Shown here piece after piece: positions 57,620-64,000 of a stretch of DNA of 64,000 nt. Each line of letters opens with the position of its first letter. The first letter of the stretch is position 1. This stretch comes from Longimicrobiales bacterium (GTDB lineage: Bacteria > Gemmatimonadota > Gemmatimonadetes > Longimicrobiales > Gaopeijiaceae). Where the stretch lies: contig CBDFLM010000015.1 of NCBI GenBank assembly GCA_965249195.1, positions 476,644 to 540,643 of the forward strand. The letters are read 5' to 3'. The translations under genes and the position numbers were made by a program. Below the pieces are notes generated by a model. That model ran no database searches, had not been told where the DNA came from, and saw only the letters and a program-made list of their open reading frames with translations.

Positions 57620-58853
57620 GGCGAAGAGCGTCGACCGGGTTCATCCTGGATGCGCGCGAAGCGGGGTACACTCCGGCGGCGACGCCGACGGTCACGCCGA
57701 GCGCGACGCCCGCACTGACCCACTTCGTATCGACCGCTGCCGGCAGCGGCGAATAGGCCGCGACAACGCCCGCCAACGCGAGGCCCAACGCGATCCCGAT
57801 TGTCGCTCCGGCGGTCGAAAGCGTAGCCGACTCGATCACCACCTGCGTCATGATGTCCCACCGACGGGCACCGATCGCTTTACGAACGCCTATCTCTCGC
57901 GTCCGCTCCATCACGGAGACGAGCATGATGTTCATGATGACGATGCCCCCCACGACCAGTGAGATCGCGACCAGACCCGGGAGCGCCAAGAACAGGATCC
58001 GGGAGACCCGATCCCAGAACGCGAGGGTCTCCTCGACGGTCTCGATGGCGAACGTGCTGGCTTCGGAAGGACGGAGGCGCCTGCGGACACGCATCGCCCC
58101 CTCTACGTCGTCGCGCGCCTGGGAGAGATTGGCCGGGTCGAGCGTCTGGATGATGATGTGGTCGACGACGCCGTGCGGATTCGTGATCGCCTGAATGCGG
58201 GACCGCGCCGGTGCGATGGCCATGTTGTCCAGAGACTGTCCGAACAAGGAGCCACGCTCCTCGAGAATACCGATGACGCGGTAGGGGAATCCCTCGACGC
58301 GGACGGATCGACCGATCGGATCGAGAGCCTCGAAGATGATGTCCGCGGTATGAAACCCGAGGACCATGACCGGCGTGCCGTACTCCGCTTCCTGGGCCGT
58401 GAAGGGCCTTCCACGTTCGACGACGTAGTCGCGAACCTCGAAGACCTCCACGGACGCCCCGTTGATGCGCGTTCCGGTGACGCGGCGTCCGTTGTCACCG
58501 GTCACTTCGCGTCCTGTCCGGCTCTCGACGAGGACCAGCCCCGGGACAGAGAGCTCACTGCGAATGGCGTCCGCGTCCTCGTACCGGAGCCGAGGGCGTC
58601 GGACCCAGCTTCGCCATACTTCCTCGCTGGCGTTGACCTCCGCCTCCGGCCACCGCCTCACGGTCAGGGTGTTGACGCCGAAAATCTCGTTCGCGACATC
58701 GTCGCGAATGTAGCGGTCCATCCCCTCCACGACGCTTACGACCACGATTAGGAACATCACGCCGATCATCACGCCAAGGACGGCGAAGAAGCTCTTCAAC
58801 TTCTCCGTTCGGAGCTGCACCATTGCGAGCCGCATACCTTCCCACACCAGCAT
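57612..58853 (-). CDS. ABC transporter permease, MacB / FtsX family (second copy)
   Basis: 413 aa with the same architecture. 8-nt overlap with the downstream permease gene. Confidence 0.8.
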   Translation of the reverse strand: MLVWEGMRLAMVQLRTEKLKSFFAVLGVMIGVMFLIVVVSVVEGMDRYIRDDVANEIFGVNTLTVRRWPEAEVNASEEVWRSWVRRPRLRYEDADAIRSELSVPGLVLVESRTGREVTGDNGRRVTGTRINGASVEVFEVRDYVVERGRPFTAQEAEYGTPVMVLGFHTADIIFEALDPIGRSVRVEGFPYRVIGILEERGSLFGQSLDNMAIAPARSRIQAITNPHGVVDHIIIQTLDPANLSQARDDVEGAMRVRRRLRPSEASTFAIETVEETLAFWDRVSRILFLALPGLVAISLVVGGIVIMNIMLVSVMERTREIGVRKAIGARRWDIMTQVVIESATLSTAGATIGIALGLALAGVVAAYSPLPAAVDTKWVSAGVALGVTVGVAAGVYPASRASRMNPVDALRHE

Positions 58854-58867
58854 TCGTCCACCCTGGC

Positions 58868-60250
58868 TCAGGGCGCTGGCCCGGAGGGGCTCTCGATCGA
58901 TTCGGCCCTCACACCATCGCCGCTCCTCAGGTTCCTGATGATCTGATAGGGACCCGCGACCACCGTGTCGCCGACCTCGAGTCCGGAAAGGACCTCGAAA
59001 TGCTCCTGTCCGGCGATCCCCAACATCGCCGGCTTGAACGTCGCCCGGCCGTCACGGACGAGAAAGACTCCCTCGACCTCTTCCGACCTCTCCTCTCCCC
59101 CCAACTGGTCGTGCTCCCCCTGAGGCGCGTCGTGGGTCTCGTCGTCTTCGACAGCGGACGCGTCGCGCACAGTCAGGGCGATGATCGGGACCGCAACGGC
59201 CTTCTTCCGCTCGGCAGTTATGATCTCTGCGGTCGCCGAGAGGTCGGGCCGGAGCGGGGCGTCTGGCTCGTCTAGTGTGATGACGACTTCGAAGTCGATG
59301 GCTGCCTGCTGCCCGGATGCCGTCGACGACGCGGGTGGTCGGATGGCACTGTTTCCGATCTCCGTGATTCGGCCCGTGAACTCCTGGTTCGGAAAGGCGT
59401 CGATCTGCACGCTTGCGCTGTCACCCAATGCGAGCTGCGGGACGTCGGTCTCGTCTACCTGGACGACGACCTCCACGACCGAGAGGTCCGAGATCGTCAG
59501 AAGCAGCGAGCCCGGGTTGTTCATCGTACCGATGACGACGGTCTCGCCCTCCTCGATGTTCAGGCGGGTTATTTTCCCGCTGATGGGCGCCCGGATCACG
59601 GTCTTGGAGAGCCTGTCCGTCACCTCGTCCAGATCGGCCTGCGCCTGAAGTACGCCGAACTGCGCGGACTCGACGTTCGCTTTCGCGACCGCCAGGGCGG
59701 TCTCTGCGTCTTCGATCTCCTGCCGGCTCACAACGGGAGGGCTTCGGGCGCCCAGGGCTGTGACCCGGTCGAACTCGCGCTGAGCTCGGAGCAGGGTGGC
59801 CTGCTGATTGATGGCCCCGGCCTTGGCCTGGCTGAGGGTCGCCTCAGCGCGGGCTACGGCCGCTTCGGACTGCGCCGGGTCGAGGCGCAAGAGCACGTGA
59901 TCCAACTGCACGTCCTCGCCTTCGTCGACCTCGAGGGCCGCCACGCGGGCCGCAATATCGGAGCTGATGTCGACGGTGCGACGGGCGCGGATGTTCCCGC
60001 TTGCTGTGACGGTGGACACCAGATCATGGCGACCCACGACCTCCACTCGAACCGATAATCCTCGATCACGAGCATTGATCACGATGAGGGCACCCACGAT
60101 GACGACGAGCACGGCAACCGCCACGCCAACAACGGCTTTCCTCTTTGCTGTCATGGGCGCTTCCGCGTTTCGATCGTGGCGCACCTCTTCCGCCGCGGTG
60201 CCGCAGGGGGCCGCGGTGAGGGCGGGACGGAGATGGGCGTCCGTGGCCAC
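58868..60250 (-). CDS. Efflux periplasmic adaptor (membrane fusion protein, HlyD / MacA family)
   Basis: N-terminal TM, coiled-coil hairpin, lipoyl / beta-barrel domains. Lies upstream of the two FtsX permeases. Confidence 0.8.
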   Translation of the reverse strand: MATDAHLRPALTAAPCGTAAEEVRHDRNAEAPMTAKRKAVVGVAVAVLVVIVGALIVINARDRGLSVRVEVVGRHDLVSTVTASGNIRARRTVDISSDIAARVAALEVDEGEDVQLDHVLLRLDPAQSEAAVARAEATLSQAKAGAINQQATLLRAQREFDRVTALGARSPPVVSRQEIEDAETALAVAKANVESAQFGVLQAQADLDEVTDRLSKTVIRAPISGKITRLNIEEGETVVIGTMNNPGSLLLTISDLSVVEVVVQVDETDVPQLALGDSASVQIDAFPNQEFTGRITEIGNSAIRPPASSTASGQQAAIDFEVVITLDEPDAPLRPDLSATAEIITAERKKAVAVPIIALTVRDASAVEDDETHDAPQGEHDQLGGEERSEEVEGVFLVRDGRATFKPAMLGIAGQEHFEVLSGLEVGDTVVAGPYQIIRNLRSGDGVRAESIESPSGPAP

Positions 60251-60443
60251 CAGTGGGGAAGTCTCGATCCACTACGCGAGCGCACGGGCGTGGGTTCGCC
60301 TCTCACCTTCTCGGGTCTACCCCCTTCCGGTGCGTGCACGGACAGGCACCGAGAAGTGAAGCTAACCTCGGGGGGGCTCGCGATCGAAGGCCGAGCTAGG
60401 GTGGTGATGCAGAAGTCCTGTTTGGGCCAGCCGAAGACGCAGT

Positions 60444-61133
60444 TCAGGCAGGAGCTGTCTGGCGTTCGGCACGGTAAGCCCTTGAGGGGACCTCGACCCT
60501 CAGGACGCGGCCCTGGAAGTCGATCCAGACGTGGTGTTCGACCTCGTCCAGGAAGAGAGCTACCCGGCGGGCGGCGATCTCCTCTCCTGCGATGGTCATG
60601 GAAACATCGTCGACCTCACTCACTGCCAGGCGACCCTCGCTGCTCGCTCTCGGGCGGACCACGGGGACGACGGCAGCCGAGCCCATCAGCGGTACTACGA
60701 AGTGGAAGTGGTGTGCGATGCCCTCCTCCACGATCACCGAACCGTCTCTCGCGCTCAGCTCACGCTCCCGCTCGCCCTCAAGCGAGATGACCCGAACGAG
60801 GAAGCGGCGGCCGCTACGCTGCAGGAAGATCTCGGTCGATCCGTCCCCCGAAACCTCCAATTGATACTTGCTCAGGCTCAGGTCGGGCGCGGCTTCGAGA
60901 ATCGAGATCATCTTGCGGGCGCCGAGGTCGACGTCAGCGTTGGCAATGATGCGAGAGTCCGCTCCACTTCCCAGCCTGCGGATGTGGAAGGTCTCCTGGC
61001 CCACGACTCGATCGCCGACGAAGATCGTGAACGTGCCTTCATCGATCGTCACCGTCTGGCCGTGAACCGGCGCAGCGAGGACCGCGCCCACGAGCATCGC
61101 CGCCCACCCAGCCTGTAGAGAAGCTTCACTCAT
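60444..61133 (-). CDS. Secreted hypothetical protein
   Basis: Start at MSEASLQAGWAAMLVGAVLAAPVHGQ (signal peptide). The track ORF's upstream 99 aa are Arg / Pro-rich junk. Confidence 0.45.
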   Translation of the reverse strand: MSEASLQAGWAAMLVGAVLAAPVHGQTVTIDEGTFTIFVGDRVVGQETFHIRRLGSGADSRIIANADVDLGARKMISILEAAPDLSLSKYQLEVSGDGSTEIFLQRSGRRFLVRVISLEGERERELSARDGSVIVEEGIAHHFHFVVPLMGSAAVVPVVRPRASSEGRLAVSEVDDVSMTIAGEEIAARRVALFLDEVEHHVWIDFQGRVLRVEVPSRAYRAERQTAPA

Positions 61134-61429
61134 CACGGATCCCCCCCCGGCGGGGCGTCGACCGGCATCGCCGTGACGGACGTCACGAACGAACCGCTTA
61201 GTGATACACGACGCGAGCACCCGCGGTCCTGCTCCCGGCAGGGGACTCGTTTGCACGTTTCCAAGGCCACTGGTCCACGGAGGCAGTCGCCGAGCGGCCG
61301 ATCGAGGCGGAACGACGCGGCGTCGCCGCAGCGGGCACCGCGGCCAGAGGCCTTGGCCCAAGGGGTTCTGACCACGAGTCGCAAGATGCGGGCGCGGCCG
61401 GATGGCCCGGGGACTTCGGTGCCGGCACA

Positions 61430-61861
61430 CTAGGATAACGCCTCGGCTACGGTACCGACGTAGCGCTCGAAGACTCGCCGTCCTTTCTCGGCGCTGGCCA
61501 GGGACGCTGTGCGCACCATGGCCTCGGCGAGGGCCGGGGGTGTGGGTGCTCTTCCACGCATGTATGTTCGGGACGCAGCCTCGACGTCCGGAGAGGAGAG
61601 AGCTTCCATCCGCACGGTCTCGGGGGCCAAGAAGAGCATCAAGGACGTTTCCAACTCTCCCGAGCTCTCGTCCGTCGGGTCCTCAAGGATATCACTCACA
61701 TCGATGGTGTAGAGATCGATGACGATCGGGAGAAAGATCGCTGTGAGGGCCATCAAGAGTGCGTCCACATGGGGCTCGTGGCCGTAGGCCGTCACGATGA
61801 TGATCTCTCCACGATCCTCCCAGGTCGGGCCACGAGAGCTCTTCCAGCGAATATGAGCCAA
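61430..61861 (-). CDS. Short creatininase-family-like protein (degenerate / truncated)
   Basis: N-terminal PTWEDRGEIIIVTAYGHEPHV (compare ...vAIlPvGstEQHGPHLP) and GELETSLMLFLAPETVRMEAL (compare HAGExETSLML), but only 143 aa where 240-260 aa is usual. Confidence 0.35.
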   Translation of the reverse strand: MAHIRWKSSRGPTWEDRGEIIIVTAYGHEPHVDALLMALTAIFLPIVIDLYTIDVSDILEDPTDESSGELETSLMLFLAPETVRMEALSSPDVEAASRTYMRGRAPTPPALAEAMVRTASLASAEKGRRVFERYVGTVAEALS

Positions 61862-61906
61862 GATTCATCACTGACCCCGCACGCGGAGGTGACCGCAGCA
61901 GCCGCG

Positions 61907-64000
61907 ATGAATGTTCGTCGCTTTCGCTGGATCGGGCTATGGTCGACCCTGGTCGCGCTCGCCCTATGGGCCCGGGAGCCCGCCGTGTGGTGGCTCACCC
62001 TGGCCGGTCTCACGCTCGTAGTGGCCGCTGGTCGTAAAGAGACTCGTGCCGGCCTCAGCGGCATCGCCACTGCCGTGGGCGTCGCGGCCGCGCTCGCGGC
62101 GGCCGGCGCCCACGTTCAGTTGGCGCGAATCTCGGAAGACTGGGACCGCTACCTCAAGGTCAGGGAGATCGAGGTAGTCGATGAGTTCGAGAAGCGCTTC
62201 AGCGAGCTACAGGCGAGGGGCGATTCCGCCGTGGACGAGCTGGCACGGGTCGTCGGTCGGGCCGGGGTCACCGTGGATCCACAGGTCGTCTCCCGTCTGC
62301 GCCGCCGGACCGGATTTCCCGCCGTCGCCGTGTACGGCCCCGACGGTGAGGCTGTCGTGTGGGACGGGATTCACCGCGGCCGCGTCCCCGTCGACGTCCG
62401 ATTAGGCGTCGCCGGGCGCTATGCCTACCAGGAGCTTCCCCTCTTCAGCCACCTGTATGTTACCGCTCCCGTCCCATCCATCGAGGGCACTGCGGTAGTC
62501 GCCGAGCTCATGCGCTCCGAGCTTCCGGCCGGTTTGCGCGCGCCACCCGTTGACTTCGAGTCGCGCTTTGCGCGGGACACGGGAGCTGAGATCCACTTGT
62601 CGAGGCCGCAAGGCGCCCTGGGCGATTCATGGTACGACCTCGTGTGGGGCGAAGCGATCCTGCTCAGCATGTCCGTAGCTACGCCGGCGGAGTCTGAGCT
62701 GCGGTCGTCCGTGGGGGCTTTTTGGGTACGGGTAGTGGTCGCGCTCATCGGGCTCGCGTGGCTCATCCTGGCGCTCGCCGGTTCAGGGGAACGATACAGC
62801 GTCGTGGCTTCAGTCGCTTCTCTGGGCGTTCTGATGGTTGTGCTACCATGGGACGCGCTCCTTGCCGTCCCCGAGATCTTCGACGTGGCTCGGTTTCTTC
62901 TCCCCGGTGCCGGCGCCCTCACGATGGGCCGGGTCCTGTCGATTGCGGTCGCGCTGACCTTCGCACTGGCCCTCCTCTCGCCCGATAGGCGTCGGGTAAT
63001 TCCGTGGCCCCTAGTCGCCGGTTTGCTCCTGATGGGCCTCCTCTCCGTTCTGGCCGTGATCTCTTCGGGCGCGTCGATGGCACTCCTGGCCGGGGACGAG
63101 ACGGGCTGGGTCGCGTACCAGGCGACCCTGGCACTGCCCGCGGCGCTCGTAGTGTTGGGAGCGTTCGGCGTGGTCCGTCCACCCCCCGTGGCGCGGCGTC
63201 CAGTCTTGTTGTTGCTCGGCGCGCTCGTCACGACCGTCCTCGCGGCCGCAGTCGCCACGGAGTGGGTTCGGTACCAAGGCGGACTGCCGTTGATCGCTGC
63301 CACGGCCTGGATCGTTCCCACCGCGCTCGCTCACCGCGCCTTGCCGGCATGGTCGGGCTGGAGGAGGGGGGGGCTCACCTGGGTCGTGGCAGCCTGTATC
63401 GGCGGGACGCTCGCGCTCCCCTTCGCGTGGGCCCAACGCACGAAGGCCCGCGTGTCCCTGGCGGAGGTCGAGCTGGAACGGTTGGGCAATCAGGTGGATC
63501 CCTACCTCCCGTTCCTCCTGGACAGGCTCGCCAGGACCGCCGAAGAGGTGCAGCCAAGAGCCTCGAGTTCGGTCGACCTTCTCTACGAGTCGTGGATCGA
63601 GAGCGACTTCGCCGACGCGGGATACCAGATCTGGCTCTCGCACTGGTCTTCGGGCAACCTCCTGCTCGGTGAGTTCCGTGTCGGTGTCGGAAACGACCCG
63701 CGTCCGTCCGTGGTCGCCGACGGTCTTGCAGCTGGACGCGACTCGGTCAGCGTCTATCGCCCCGATCAGCCGTTTGCGCACTACCTCATGTATGCGCCAC
63801 TGTCGGACGGATCGGTGGTCAGCGCCGTCGTACCACCCCGAAAGTCCGTCACCACCGACTCCAGGTTGGGGCCCCTCTTCGCGAGGCTCGCCGGCGTTGC
63901 GGTCTCGCCGCTCACGTTGATACCGCTGACTGAGCTCGGCGGGGATCAGGCGGATACCGAGACGCGCTGGCAGCGTGTCACCCGGGGATGGCTGGCTGAA
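61907..64000 (+). CDS. Large polytopic membrane protein (at least 12 TM helices plus soluble C-terminal region), 3'-partial and absent from the ORF track
   Basis: No stop from the in-frame TGA at 61853 to the window end. ATG at 61907 (alternative GTG at 61889). Translation MNVRRFRWIGLWSTLVALALWAREPAVWWLTLAGLTLVVAAG... followed by many hydrophobic helices. Confidence 0.5.
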   Translation, partial: MNVRRFRWIGLWSTLVALALWAREPAVWWLTLAGLTLVVAAGRKETRAGLSGIATAVGVAAALAAAGAHVQLARISEDWDRYLKVREIEVVDEFEKRFSELQARGDSAVDELARVVGRAGVTVDPQVVSRLRRRTGFPAVAVYGPDGEAVVWDGIHRGRVPVDVRLGVAGRYAYQELPLFSHLYVTAPVPSIEGTAVVAELMRSELPAGLRAPPVDFESRFARDTGAEIHLSRPQGALGDSWYDLVWGEAILLSMSVATPAESELRSSVGAFWVRVVVALIGLAWLILALAGSGERYSVVASVASLGVLMVVLPWDALLAVPEIFDVARFLLPGAGALTMGRVLSIAVALTFALALLSPDRRRVIPWPLVAGLLLMGLLSVLAVISSGASMALLAGDETGWVAYQATLALPAALVVLGAFGVVRPPPVARRPVLLLLGALVTTVLAAAVATEWVRYQGGLPLIAATAWIVPTALAHRALPAWSGWRRGGLTWVVAACIGGTLALPFAWAQRTKARVSLAEVELERLGNQVDPYLPFLLDRLARTAEEVQPRASSSVDLLYESWIESDFADAGYQIWLSHWSSGNLLLGEFRVGVGNDPRPSVVADGLAAGRDSVSVYRPDQPFAHYLMYAPLSDGSVVSAVVPPRKSVTTDSRLGPLFARLAGVAVSPLTLIPLTELGGDQADTETRWQRVTRGWLAE

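Noticed and set aside
1-64000. CRISPR arrays, rRNA genes, additional tRNAs
   Set aside because: No regularly spaced direct repeats and no rRNA-like conserved stretches were seen on reading the sequence. Only one cloverleaf (tRNA-Gln) could be folded by hand, and a covariance-model scan would be needed for a complete tRNA inventory.

Overview
High-GC (about 68-70%) bacterial chromosomal segment. The ORF track omits ORFs that run off the window ends, so the two terminal genes were found by reading the sequence. Positions 1-4132 carry a 5'-partial MaoC-like dehydratase, an orphan cheR, and a divergent marR / MFS (DHA2) pair. Positions 4187-20396 are one minus-strand, 13-gene operon, joined by ATGA / short start-stop overlaps, that mixes three kinds of gene. 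The isoprenoid genes are HMG-CoA reductase, a UbiA prenyltransferase and a P450. The lipid / head-group genes are an AMP-ligase, a PEP-utilizing ATP-grasp enzyme, a tandem-GNAT protein, a BtaA-like DUF3419 protein, a CdsA-superfamily membrane protein and a START-like protein. The export module is an MMPL transporter, a LolA-like protein and an outer-membrane barrel. This is the best candidate for an undescribed system (an exported isoprenoid / amino-lipid). The operon carries six reading-frame lesions. Positions 20397-23400 are a mobile-element scar: a PD40-repeat gene remnant, an IS3-family element with orfA/orfB, a 5'-truncated tyrosine-integrase fragment and a tRNA-Gln(TTG). The rest is housekeeping: prs-rplY-pth, hppA, an M20 peptidase, flotillin / NfeD, an rpsF-rpsR in-frame fusion, a DUF2232 protein, rplI, rsfS, smc, an RNase-Z-like MBL hydrolase, an aroF-type DAHP synthase, yraN, dnaX-ybaB-recR, orphan mglA, pgsA-cinA, a lysophospholipase-like hydrolase, grpE-dnaJ, mnmA-iscS, a HIRAN protein, a PIG-L deacetylase, a MacA-FtsX-FtsX module and a large 3'-partial membrane protein. 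Several frameshifts sit on long G/C homopolymers (up to G15), which points to homopolymer-length errors or slippage. No CRISPR array and no rRNA were seen.
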